Below, piece by piece: positions 52,435-64,000 of a stretch of 64,000 nt of DNA. The translations under genes and the position numbers were made by a program. Below the pieces are notes generated by a model. The model was not told the DNA's origin and searched no databases. It saw only the letters and a program-made list of their open reading frames with translations. How positions within the stretch are numbered: the first letter of the stretch is position 1; every line of letters begins with the position of its first letter. Source of the DNA: Vicugna vicugna (Eukaryota); the NCBI GenBank assembly GCA_013265495.1, contig MU061579.1:5454963-5518962 (forward strand). The letters are read 5' to 3'.

Positions 52435-54299
52435 TCAGTGGCAGGGTGCGGTGCTACTGCAACCTAACTGGGTGGACTGCCCTTCCAAGAATAATCTGTA
52501 TACCAAGCAGTTCCCCGGGGGTGGCTTTTTCCCTTTGTGAAAGGGACTAGGTGCGGAGTCCACCCCCTGATATGGGAGCGTCTGTACAACAGGCGCAACA
52601 AACTCCACAGACCCTAACACCTGCTGCAACTCTGCAGCCAAGAGGCTGGTGGCGTATTGGGCCCTCTGTTCTAAATAAGCACCCCACTTCATCAGAGTTG
52701 GGGTCTGTGCAGTCCCCTATCGGGGTTGCCTTGCCCATGTGTGTATCTATCTTGCAATGGGGTATGCGGTCTGTACCTGGACCTCTTGCCTCCCTGTCAG
52801 GGGTTCAGTGGCTATCAAGGATGCATACACTGCTAAGAATTGTTTCTCAATTAAAGAATAATGATACTCAGCCCCTTTCCACAACTGAGACCAGAACCCT
52901 ATAGGCACCTTCTGTTGCCCATGTTTTTGCCGTAAGCCCGAACCATATCCATCATCGTCCACATGGACTGTTAACCAGAAAGGAAGGCTGGATCTATAGT
53001 GCGCAACGCTTGCACTTGGGCCACTGCCCTCTTAGTTTCTACAAATGCACGTTTGGCCCCATCTGTCCAATCCCAGACTTCTCCTTTCATAATCAATTTA
53101 TAAAGGGGTTTAGCTATTTGGGCCAAATGAGGAATAAACGCCCGCCAGTATCCCAGAAGACCTAAGTAAGTCTGTAACTGTTTAACCATCTTGGGGCGGG
53201 AATATGCCTGGATCTTGTCTATTACCGCCGCAGGCAGCACTTTATCTTACCCGACCAGACAACACCCAAGAATTTGACAGAATATCCAGGTCCTTGCACT
53301 TTGTCCTCGTTCACGGCCCACCACCAGCCCGCCAGGGCTTCTCGCAGCACTGTGGCAGTGGTTTCCAAATCTGAAAGAAAATCAGAGGTTAGCATTTTGT
53401 CATCTATGTAATGGAACAAATGAACAGTATCCGGTTTGTTCCATGTACCCAGCTCCTGGGCGACCAGGCCATGACACAGAGTGGGGCTGTGCAGCTATCC
53501 CTGCAGCAACACAACAAATGTCCATTGTCTGCCTTCCCAGATGAAGGAAAACTGTTCTTGGCTCTCAGGGGCTATATCTATAGAGAAGAATGCATTAGCC
53601 AGGTCAACCACACAGTGACAAGTACCCAGTTCATGGGACAGCTGGCCCATTAAATCTGTTATATTTGGCACAGCTGCATGCATGGGGGGTGACTTTGTTC
53701 AGTTCTCGATAGTCCACTGTCATCATCCAGGAGCCGTCTGGCTTCTGCACTGGCCACACTTGAGAGTTATATGGGCTATGCTTGCCCGAGTAATACCGGC
53801 TTCCTCAAGCTTTAAAATAATCCAGACTCTCATTGTAGCCTCTGGGAAACCAATATTGCTGAATATTCACCACTCGAGCAGCCTGTGGCAGACTCAGAGG
53901 TGCAAGATGAGGGTGACCCCGTATGACCGTTCACTACACGAACTCTCAGGTGAAATTCCCCTTGGGTCGTCTGTATTTGCAATCCTTGCAAAATGTCTGT
54001 CCCCAGGATATACTCACTACGGGGGATATATGTACTTCATATGCAGCAGGGGGCAAGCGGCCAATACCCAAAGTCAGAGTCACTCGTTTAACTCACATTT
54101 GCTTGCTTCCATATCCCTCTATATCAACCCATGTTCCCCGAAAGCCATCCGGATTTCCAAGCAATAATGTAATTTTGGCTCCTGGATCTATTAATGCTAA
54201 TACCTGCTGTTTGTTCATGGGGGACCAGTGGATAGTCAGTTCAACGTGTGGCCTCCGGTCACCTGGGTTCCCCACGTCCTGGACACCTTGGCCTTCCCC
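52435..54299 (-). pseudogene. pol: ERV pro-pol remnant: protease, RT, connection and start of RNase H; integrase absent
   Basis: GDRRPHVELTIHWSP, LIDPGA (degenerate DTGA), [30 protein letters not shown] (53399-53410), VKFLG, LGLLGYWRAFIPHL and AWYTD (~52494-52509). Several frameshifts and stops. Confidence 0.92.
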
Positions 54300-54600
54300 C
54301 TAATCTGGGAGGAGATCACTAGGGCCATTTCTTGGGCCTGTAGGGAGGTTGGCAATGGGGTATATTGTTGCTCGGGCTGTGATTTCTTCCATAGGACCAT
54401 CAGGACCTCCAGTTTCACCAGCTGCTGCACCACGGGTCGTAGACTCAGCGGACCAGGGGGACTGGGCTTACTGCTCTCGGTAGGTGGTGGAACTGGAGCC
54501 ATGCAGGCGTCCTTACTGTCATACTGAGTCTCTGCTCGAGTTCCTCCTCCTTGTGCTGCAACTGCTCCACTTGTATCTGTAATTCATGCAGGCTTCCCTG
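54300..54600 (-). pseudogene. gag: ERV gag remnant, capsid region apparently deleted
   Basis: Only ~330 bp lie between the PBS and the TAG before pro. A coiled-coil-like LHELQIQVEQLQHKEEELEQ, a proline-rich segment and LRPVVQQ join directly to the C-terminal-like LMVLWKKSQPEQQY. Confidence 0.65.
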
Positions 54601-54635
54601 TCAGAGGAAGGGGGAACAGAAGGGGCACTTACTTC

Positions 54636-54653
54636 ATCCTGCCGTCTGTGCCA
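54636..54653 (-). promoter_or_regulatory. Primer binding site complementary to tRNA-Ser
   Basis: Minus strand reads TGGCACAGACGGCAGGAT versus TGGCGTAGTCGGCAGGAT expected for the tRNA-Ser 3' end (15/18). A splice-donor-like GTAAGT follows. Confidence 0.85.
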
Positions 54654-54655
54654 AG

Positions 54656-54989
54656 TGTCCGCCGAGGGAGGCTGGAGAGGGGTTTGAGGAGGTGAGCTGC
54701 CCAACTGGAAAAAGGCGCGAGGAGTCAACATAGAGCAAAACAGCACTTTATTGCAGTACAAGCAAGTGGTGCGTGCGGCGGGCGGCCCTCAGGTGTATGC
54801 ACTTGTCCTTTTATAATGCTAGTGGCGCATGCGTAGTGTTCATGATGCTGACTCACACTACTGGCGCATGCGTGGTGTTCATAATGCGTAGTCATGCTAC
54901 TTGCGCCTGCGTACATTTACCTCTTACCAGGTGCAAGCTATTGTGAACTTCGGCCTGGGCCCAGGCCTGCTCACTTACGGCTGCGGACA
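54656..54989 (-). repeat. 5' LTR of the ERV-S-like provirus
   Basis: Perfect 7-bp terminal inverted repeat TGTCCGC..GCGGACA. Minus-strand TATAAAAG at ~54808-54815 and AATAAA at 54747-54752. PBS lies 2 nt outside the LTR. Confidence 0.93.
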
Positions 54990-55215
54990 GCGCCCTTCTA
55001 AAACAGGCCCCAGTGAGCGCTCTTGTTCTCTTTCCACCGTGAGGGGTTTGTGGAGAAGTTGGCAGTCTGCAGCGTGGAAGAAGGCTCTCACTGGAACTGA
55101 CCTTGCTGACACGCTAATCTTGGACTTTCCGCCTCCAAAACCGTAAGAAATTCATTTGTGTTGTTTATAAGCCAGTTTTCAGTATTCTGTTGTCGCTCCA
55201 CTGAGACTCGTAGAT
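54990..55215 (+). mobile_element. MLT1A-type MaLR solo LTR, 3' part
   Basis: Continues the MaLR LTR: GCCCTTCTAAAACAGGCCCCAG...ATCTTGGACTTTCCGCCTCCAAAACCGTAAGAAATTCATTTGTGTTGTTTATAAGCCA. Confidence 0.85.
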
Positions 55216-55442
55216 AACTAGGGACGGCTGGGGGTATATTCAGCAGAGGCACCTTGGCTAGCTCAGGCTTCCAAGTGCAGGCTAGCGCAGTTCAATACTC
55301 AGATGTAGTGTTTCCGGAGTGACAGACATGGTTCAGGTGATAATTCAGTTATAAAGTAAAGTGTTCATCTCTCTCTACATTTTGCTGTTTGACTTAAAAC
55401 TTGAAGGCAGCTCCTTTCAGCATGTATTACTCCTTACCTGTG

Positions 55443-55639
55443 TAGGGTTACCAGGTTTAGCAAATAAACACAATACACCATTTACGTTAGAGAATTACTT
55501 AAAAATAAATACTATTTTAGTACAGATAGATAAGTATGTGTCCCAGTTACTGCATGGGGACCTACTTACGCTAAAAAAAGTATTGTTTATCTGGATTTCA
55601 AATTTAACTGGGCTTCCTGTATTTTATCTGACAACCCTA
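55443..55639. mobile_element. MER53-like non-autonomous hAT DNA transposon (palindromic MITE)
   Basis: Terminal inverted repeats TAGGGTTACCAG..CTGACAACCCTA. Internal TAAGTATGTGTCCC..GGGGACCTACTTA and TTCAAATTTAACTGGGC. Confidence 0.85.
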
Positions 55640-57875
55640 TATTCGTGTGATTTAATAGGTGTTTTAGGCCTATGTTGGTAAAATTATATTAGCTGTTCCA
55701 AATTCTCTTTTGCATTAAGGGCTAAGGGGGAAATTGAAGTAAACTGTCTAGTACATGTAGCTTGTCTGTGAAATCAGGTTATTGAAAACATTCAAAGAAT
55801 TGCTTAGCGAGCTTATGGTAGGCAGGTTTGTAGATGCTGCTTGTTCCTTAAGAAAATATGTTTAAGAAATGTGAGGAATTCAAAAACAAGTCTTTTGCCT
55901 AGCATATGACTGAAGTATAAATCCATACTAGGCTTCTAGTGCCACATATATCATTCGAGGTTTTAATTCAAGAATCTGAGTGATTTTCCAACTGAAATGA
56001 ACATGGAATGATAAACATAGCTTTCAAAATACAAAACCATGACCTTCATACAAGTGCAAAGTGAATGTATTTCAATGACGTAAGTTAACTCATTCATGAG
56101 AAAACCATTAAGATGTTAAAACTAACTTAAAGAAAATATGAAGGACACACAGACACATATGAAGGCGGCTGAAATCTGCTAATAGAGCCAAAACTAATTA
56201 ATATAATATACATAGGGCAATAAAATATAATACTTGGGCTCATATTTTTTACAGGGCAGAAATCAATTTTTTTTCTGTGAACAAAAGTTGTTTGCATATA
56301 TTTATCTTACTATCATATTTTCAACACTTAACTTCTACACCTAAGAGTTGTGAAATAGAATAATCAATAGAAAGACAGCCGGAAGTACAGAACCCTATAC
56401 TGACCCAAAAGTCACTGAAAAAACACCCAGTAATATCTGTGGTCAAGTTCGAAGTCTTTGAAAAACATTCCTGACAATGATAAGGCAAAAAAATTTTTTT
56501 TCCGGCTAGGGTGGGGAAACATCCCTTAGCAGGTATATTCCTCAGGCCCTGGGGCTTTTAAAATGCCTTCTCACAGAGGTAAGGATGCTTTGTCACCAGG
56601 TAGAATATATTCAATCCTCATTACCTCTAATTTTAGGCTGAAATGATTATATCTCTCAGTGTAATAATTGTTCCTGTTTCTTCTCTATTTTCTTCTTGCA
56701 TTATAATTTTTGCTTTTGTTTTATTTTCCCCTATGGTATTTTCAAGCTATCTACTCAAGTTTGCAATAGATGTAACTGCCTTTATTTTTCAATATTTCAA
56801 TCTTATCCCTATTTCAATTTTACTTTGCATAGTAGTGGGAACAAGCTATAAAAAATGAATAAATTTCAGCAATTCAGTGATTAAGTTATGTTTACACTGT
56901 ATTTTCTGCCATCGGTCAGTACTTTCTATTCTCCAACCCCTACATCTAAATTGTGTCTAATGTGCTAGCATGGCTTTTTGGGAAGGCATATGGAAGTGTT
57001 CAATGTATTTCTCCATTGAGATATATTTTAAATTCCATTGAACATGGTCATCCTCCACACTGGCACTTCTGAGGTATGATCTTTCCCAAGTGGTCCCCCA
57101 CCAAACAATCTATGATTGATGTACTGATGGTTTCATTTTGTCAAAGCTTCAAGCTCTTTCTTTGTTAGCCTGGTCTTAGTATTACATTTGTGTCAGATTT
57201 AACCACGTAAGTTTGGTGTCCCAGCAAACTTTGGGGAGTTATAAGGAAGTCTATGAGGCTGCCTCTAACCCATCAACCTAGGCATACCAAATGTCAAAAT
57301 CCAGTCTCCTTTGCCATGAAAAACAAAGGATTTTTAGAAGCTTGTGCCTCCTGTAGACATACAATGGAAGTAGTGCATAATTTCTTTCCGTTTGAGAACC
57401 TCAACCCATCAGAAGGATCTTTCTCCATCCCCATGCTGCTGCACAGTGCTCAGCCAGTGACAGAAGTGGAATATATATCCGCAGCAGCACCCCGGTCTCT
57501 GATCTGTTGATTCCCTTTTAGACATTCCTTCTTATCCTAAGCCAATGGAATCTTCCTCTGGTCTGGGCAAGTGGGAGAAATCTGCCTTTTCTTTGTGATA
57601 TACATTGAAGTATTCCAGGGGTCGTCTTTTGTAAAAAGCAAAAAGCCTTGTCTGAGGACTATATTCCTCGATGTCAATTTGAAAGTCAAAAGCTGAAAAT
57701 TCCTCCCCCCCCCCCATATCCCTGCAGTGACCACTGTACACTTCAGATCTAAGCCTTGGGTTTCCTAGCTACCTCTCCTAGGCTGAAGCACAAAGAAATT
57801 ATGTGTAGGGGGGAAAAGTAGGGAGGTAGCATAATCAGATTTCTGCACATGTAATCAAGAAACTCTACTAACCCC

Positions 57876-58278
57876 TGTAGTAAATGCTGAGATGCACTCT
57901 CCCCCTCCCCTAGATTCCAACTTCAGGAAAAAAGCACTCTTTCTCCTGGCTACCGGGAGTGTGGCTGGCCAAAGCTTTCTCTCAGCTTAAAGAGCCTCCT
58001 CATCTAAGGTTGGACCAGCTCCCCAGGAGCAGCCTGTATTTAAGGGCACAGAGGAGAACAAAGGCCCAGCCCTTTGTCTCAATAAATACTTCTGAAGACC
58101 ATTCCAGCTCCAGAGCTTCTTCAGGGATCTGCTGAGGCCTTTGTTATGAATGCATTGCGCTTTAAAGCTTTCCCTCTGCCCAACACTGATTCCCTCACTT
58201 CTTTAGTGTGATTCTGAAGAGCACTCCCCAATAAGCCTTCTGAATGCAGATCTCTATTATAGGGAAATCTGACTTACA
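57876..58278 (+). mobile_element. LTR16-like ERV-L solo LTR
   Basis: TGTAG start; CCATTCCAGCTCCAGAGCT..GCTGAGGCCTTTGTT..AGCACTCCCCAATAAGCCTTCTGAATGCAGATCTC. Confidence 0.7.
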
Positions 58279-59280
58279 AAAAACACCCTAAATTAAAAAA
58301 TATATATATATACATATATATATGTATGTATGTGTGTATCTCCTGGCTAACCAATAATTATCTATTTGTCATAAAAAGAAAAATCAAGAGACAATAGTCC
58401 CCAGATTTAAAAAAAAAAAATCTTTTCCTTCCTTCCACTCAACGTTTTTTTGTTTTGTTTTGTTTCCATTTTTCCTTCTGTCTTAACTCTTACGTACCAC
58501 TCTGATGTATAAGTCTGATCATGGGGAAGAGGAGTGTGCAAGGGCCCTAGAGCCCCACTTAGATTCCCCCCTTTTACCCTCCAAGGACAATTCTAGAGGA
58601 CTCCAAGGAGTCCCGAGGCTTTGGGAAACACCTTTACAATATCCCCTGCTTCGGCTACTTTAGGAAGCAGAGATCTCACCATCCTACCGGGTCAATGGTT
58701 CACACATTGAGCTGTTATACCCACATATGCACATTGCTTCAGCATGGTTTTAAGCACATGCTTTTATTTTAATAAGTGTTTATTAACTTAGTGAATTTAT
58801 AATCCACTTTCCAATCACTTAAATTTTATTTAAGTACCTCTCCAATCCTATTAGTAATTATAAGATCAAAATAATTACAGAACATTGCTGTTAGAGCTGA
58901 GACATAATCCTGGACATTTGGTAAAATCTGTAAATATTGTAATCAAAGGCCTTTGAGAAAAGGAAAAATGTGTTTTTGTTGAAATGAATATCTGTTATTT
59001 GTTGGCCATCTTTTGGGAATAAAGAGGAAAATCCCTAGCCACCCAGCAGCCTTATTTATGTAAAAATAAATGCATTATATCCTATGTTTTTAACTTTTCA
59101 TCATCATACAAAAAGGATTCTGAAGACAGTTCTGTATTCTAGAAGTCAGGAAGGTTGATTAACTTTCTAGGAGAAGTTTTATTATAGTAAGAAATATGGA
59201 GAAACTGAGACGATGTTGATAAACACATTATCAAGACACTCATGTCTTGCCATGGTCCTATGGCTTCCACATTTAGACTT

Positions 59281-59835
59281 TGTGGTAGACACAACTGTTT
59301 GCTGCTTAACAGCCATATGAAAAATCATTCTTGTCAACAGAAACCCAGTCAGTTCACCATCACACAGCTGAAACCATCCATCAGGAGTGACTGCCCTCCT
59401 GCCTAGCTCCGTGGAGGAAATCTTGATGGGTACAAGCCAAACCTAGTAATCTCATTCTCATTGCCTAAAATTAGTCAAGGTGTAGGCATGTGATAAAATG
59501 CTAGCCAAAAAGAACTGAGTGAGAATTTGTTCTGGCTGGATATAGGATATTTCTCTTCACACACATGCGCACACACACAAGCCTAGAATCTACCTCCTCT
59601 GGACGTTTTTGAATGAAGACATAGATACTTAGAATTACAATGTCTGTCTTGCAACAGTGAAGGTAAAATCAGTGAAATTTTACAGAATTTTAACAGATCT
59701 GATACTCCTAAGCTACTAAAACGATCCTGGCAATACTACTCCATGGGAAAAAATCTTGTAGAAAAGAATACGGCTTTCCTTATTTAAGCCCACCTTAGCT
59801 GGGTGCTCTGTAACCAAAGTCATGAGTATCCTTAC
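59281..59835 (+). mobile_element. Old MLT1-type MaLR LTR
   Basis: TGTGGTAGACAC start; GGCATGTGA..GCTAGCCAA; TTATTTAAGCCCAC..TCTGTAACCAAAG..ATCCTTAC end. Confidence 0.65.
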
Positions 59836-60066
59836 ATGTATTTCACAAGCACAGACATTGAGGGAAGTTTGAATCTCCTCTTCACAAAGCCCCTGGATCT
59901 CTCCTACTGACTTGAGAAACCTTAATATATCCAGCCAACTTTTTTACTTTTGTGAGATTATTCCATGTTCAGCAAACATTTGTTGGGTATTTATCACATA
60001 TATGTACACTGTTTACTTCTGTTGCTTGTATAATTGTAAGCCTCTGAAGGATTTTAAACAAGGGAA

Positions 60067-60413
60067 TGTATTAGTTTCCTAAGGCTGCATAACAAATTAC
60101 CTTGAATTGGGTGGTTTACAATGACAGAAATAGAGCCTCTCACAGTTCTAGAGGCTAGAAACATGACATCAAGCCATACTTCCTATGGAAACTCCACGGA
60201 GGTGTCTTTCCTTGCATCCTCCGAGCTTTTGGTGGTTGCTTGCATTCCTTGGCTGCATCGCTCCAGTTTCTGCCATTGTCTTCAGCCCAGCTAATCCAGT
60301 ATGACCTCATCTTAACTTGATTACATCTGCAGACACCCTATTTTCAAATAAGATCACATTCACAAGTTCTGGGAAGACAAGAAGTTTAGGCGAACACTAG
60401 TTAATCCAGAATA
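60067..60413 (-). mobile_element. MLT1A-C-type MaLR LTR
   Basis: TGTATTAGTTTCCTAAGGCTGCATAACAAATTACC..CTCACAGTTCTAGAGGCTAGAA..GACCTCATCTTAACTTGATTACATCTGCA..CACATTCACA. Confidence 0.85.
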
Positions 60414-60757
60414 GGAGTGATGTGATCTAATATTTGAGTTTCAAAAGATTGCTCTCAGTGCACAGTGTACCACTTTCCTGTTTCTCTAATATTCTGTTTT
60501 TCTAACTTAATGTAGGACTGGGAATCTGATCACTAAATAAACTAGAATTATATGTAATAATTCCTATGACAAGGACAAAAATCATCATTACTCAGAAAGC
60601 TTTTACATTAGATAACGTGTCTGTCTCTTAGGCTTCTTTGTGACTACTGTGTTCTTACTTTCAGATTCTACCTACTTTCTCGGTGGGTGAAGTTGCCCAT
60701 GTGTTTTTCAGATAGATGAGCTATTACTGGCTATATACAATTTATGTGTTATACCAG

Positions 60758-61075
60758 TATTCATTCAAAAATACTTATTTCCAGGTACTGTCATAGGCTC
60801 TGGGAATACAGCAGTGAATAACAGTAACAGCAAAAATAAGAAAATAAAGTCATTGCTCAAGTGGAGCTTAAATTCTTAAGGAAAAGTGGGAAAGCTGGAC
60901 ATTAAGCAAATATCTAAAATATAGGTAAATAAAATAATGGTGGGTAATGCCAATGGTACGAAGGAAAATAAAAGAGAACATGAAAGAGAATTAGAGGATA
61001 TTTCATTTTGGATCCAGTGGTCAGGGAAGACATCTCAGAGGACATGACATTTGGCGGAGCTGTGAATGATATGAG
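60758..61075 (-). mobile_element. L2 LINE 3' end
   Basis: TATTCATTCAAAAATACTTATT..CCAGGTACTGTCATAGGCTCTGGGAATACAGCAGTGAA..GTGGAGCTTA..GTGGTCAGGGAAGAC. Confidence 0.8.
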
Positions 61076-61387
61076 AATTAAAAGCCATTAATGACCCCGT
61101 ATTTTCCTCAGGATACAATCAAAACCTCACATTCTTAGAAAGGCCCTTTGACATCTTGTCATTGATGAATTATTCAGCTTCATCTCTTTCACTGGGTAAT
61201 ATAATTAAGTTTTTTTTTCAAGTATCTCTTACGAAGAGCAACATGTTTTCCGTCAGTAAATCTTAGAATATGACTTGTATTCTGAGTTAAAGCAATTTAA
61301 CTTTAGAACACAGACATGTACACATAGTATTTTATTTAATGTTTTCATACAGTGAGAACTTAACACGTTTCAAATTATGAGCAACTT

Positions 61388-61754
61388 TTTTAAATTGCAC
61401 TATAGTTGATTTACAATATTGTGTTAGTTTCAGGTGCACAGCATAGTGATTCAGTTATACTTAAATATTATTTTTCGTATCCTTTTTAATTACAGGCTAT
61501 CAGAAGCTTTTAAATGTAGTTGCCTGTGCTATACACAAGGACCTTGTTTTTTATCTATTTTGTATGTAGCAGTTTGTATCTGCTAATTCCAAACTCCTAA
61601 TGTACCCCTCCCCCCACTTTCCCCTTTGGTAACCATAAATTTGTTTTCTGTGTCTGAGTCTCTTTCTGTTTTGTTAATAAGCTTATCTGTATCTTTTTTT
61701 AAGATTCCACATATAAGTGATACATGATATTTGTCTTTCTCTGTCTGGCTTACT
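61388..61754 (-). mobile_element. Short L1 3'-end insertion
   Basis: Similar to the 3'UTR at 33370-33780. Exact TSD TGAGCAACTT at 61378-61387 and 61755-61764. Confidence 0.9.
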
Positions 61755-64000
61755 TGAGCAACTTCTAATTATTTTTAAACCTATCTTTTAAACCTGTCAT
61801 ATTTAAAAACTATATTTTATGCAAATCCATAATTTTGTTTGGCCTTTTTACATACATAATTTATAAATTTATGTGTTGAGTTATTCTTAATAACCAAATT
61901 CATTTAAGCTATTAAATTTAATATTTTGAAATTCTTTGTGTGTTTATTTTTCTCACATCTCATGACACAAACTATAGTTAGTATTTCAACTTTTACATAT
62001 CTCAGAAGAGTTCAGATCCTTTTGCATTCAATGACAAGTGACAATGATAAAACATTTCGTATGGAGAAACTGAAAATTGATCAACATAATGCAAACAGAA
62101 ATTGAATCTCTATAATAGCAATTGGACAAAATAACTTACTATATCTTCCTAGACAAGGGTCTTAAAAATCAATTAAATTGAAATGTTTCTAATGAAAAAA
62201 AATTCTAGTCACCTCTTAGACACATATGTTCTCAATTATTTGAGACAAAATTAGCAAGTATAGAATTATTGTACGTAAGTCAAACTGCTGACAAAGTAAA
62301 TGCAAAACAGAAACTCAAATATCTTCAGTAGCACCATCTTAAATTACAACATTGCATGACTGTAATGGGACAAACTACCAGCAGAGGGATGGCTTTAGTA
62401 TTAATTTAAGACTGAAGCAAATAGGAGCCCCAAACACAGGCCAAACAAAATGTAATTAATATGAGACCTTCATGAGAGTCAACTTGCACAATTGCAGGTG
62501 CAGTGAGTATTAAAATATTGAACTACAATATGTGTGTCATGGTTGGTAGAATAGTATATGATAGTAATTGCAGTGTGTGAAAATTATTTAATATTCCATC
62601 ACATACACATGACTCATCTAGCACACAGAACCTATTCTATAATCTAGTTTGGAGATTGCAGCACAGATTTGGGATGTATCTTGCTGTGGGGTTAGGGGTA
62701 CAGGGCTGAGAGCGCTGCAGAAATTTTAATTGTGTCAGATGTGAAGAGTTGCCTTTAGGTTGAAAGGTCTTGGAAAGGGAATGAGGGTGTTCTGCAAAGC
62801 GGAGGAAGGCGCATTGTGTATCCCCTCACACACAAACACACAAAAATGCTTAGCCCTGTATGGGCTCAGGCTCTAGCTGTGGAGGACCCAAGGAGATTGA
62901 AAATTTATTGTGCAGGGTGCACATGTGTGGAGACTTAATTCCTTGGATACATTTTAGGTTCTTTGCTAATTTGAAAACTATCCCTTTGGAGTGGTGGCAA
63001 GGACAGGTGGGGGCCCTTTTGGCTTCTTGTGTTAAGGTCTGTGCGGAGAGAAACAGTCCATTTTATCCATGTTAACAGGGTACATACATACATCCTTTCT
63101 TACCTTTTCCTGCAAGGCCAAGGAGCCTCCCTCCAGCTCCCCAATTCCCCTTCCCCTGCCTGCTCGCTGCTGTGCCCTGGAACAGGTTTTTCAAGAGAAC
63201 CCTCGAGTGTTGACTCAGTCTGTCAGTAATCAGCACTTAAACTTTCTTTGCTATCTCTTCCCTTTTTCTTCTCCTTTTTTTTTACTCTAGTTTAACAACA
63301 GAGCCTCAGCCAACAACTGCCTCCGTGCAGGGAACCAGCTGTTTACTGAGTCGGGCTGTGCAAGGCACACAGCTGTCCTACTCCCCTGATTGAGTCAGGC
63401 TAAAGGAGTCAACTCCTGTGTCTGGAAACTAGGTCAGTATATGCCCACCCACCTGCCTCTCTCATGACTTCCTCCTTAATTGATCCGAGTGCTCTTCACC
63501 CTCACTGTAGGAATGTAATCAGTGTCCAGATTAGAGGATCCTGACTTGGTCGAGGGAAAAGGATGGTGAAAAAGGAGTGAAAGCATGGAGGGCAGTGGGA
63601 AGACTAAGATTAAGATGGGAGGGAATGTCTTCAGTGTCCTTCGGTATCTGTCAGATACCTGTCACTAATGATGTCATTTAATGGTGAAGTCTATGAAGAG
63701 ATTAATATGACTCCTTATAGCTGCATAGCCATAGCTGTATCACAGGGAAGAGTCAAACCATAACTTCTATAAATCAGTAGATGGCTGGAAATTATTAGAA
63801 TAAGTTAGACTAAATTGATTAATTTATGCCATAACTTAAGTCACATGTTATACACTTTTCAAAAATATAGTTTAAATTATTTCAATAACAAAAGGTATGT
63901 TATATGGCGATTCACATTTATATTGCAGTATTGATTATGCAGTATCCTGAATATTAACCAAGTACCTAAATGAGCATTTTTAAAAGTTTCTGACTTGGAT

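Larger units (their letters stand above)
51352..54989 (-). mobile_element. Internally deleted class III (HERV-S-like, tRNA-Ser-primed) endogenous retrovirus
   Basis: Two direct-repeat LTRs with TG..CA ends, Ser-type PBS, gag/pro/RT/env remnants in order on the minus strand, and a PPT. Degenerate 5-bp TSD ATGCC (51347-51351) / GCGCC (54990-54994). Confidence 0.93.

Noticed and set aside
57050..57780. GC-balanced unique-looking stretch with several 65-85 aa ORFs
   Set aside because: No consistent frame, recognisable domain or convincing splice signals.

Overview
This is AT-rich, repeat-dense mammalian DNA. It is most likely camelid, based on a Vic-1-like tRNA-derived SINE at 27.7 kb. I cannot support any host protein-coding gene, so the window looks intergenic or deep intronic. 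Main contents: (1) a ~6.07 kb young LINE-1 (18022-24095, +) with an exact 11-bp TSD, uninterrupted ORF1 and ORF2, and a long 397-bp inter-ORF region; (2) a nearly identical 5'-truncated sister L1 (46818-48616) followed by a probable 3' transduction; (3) a 3.64 kb class III, tRNA-Ser-primed (HERV-S-like) provirus (51352-54989, -) nested in an MLT1A-type LTR. The provirus keeps both LTRs, the PBS and the PPT but has three large internal deletions, and its U3 carries a 39-bp tandem array of NRF1/ARE-like motifs. Also present: (4) a deleted ERV-L/MLT2 provirus, a twin-primed inverted old L1, and many L2/MIR/MaLR/MER relics; (5) a ~420-bp purine microsatellite; (6) a few unique segments that look like enhancers or exons. 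Repeat family names and old-repeat boundaries come from recognition by eye, not a database search. I found no clearly new biological system. The best candidates for novelty are the ERV-S-like element and the L1 architecture.
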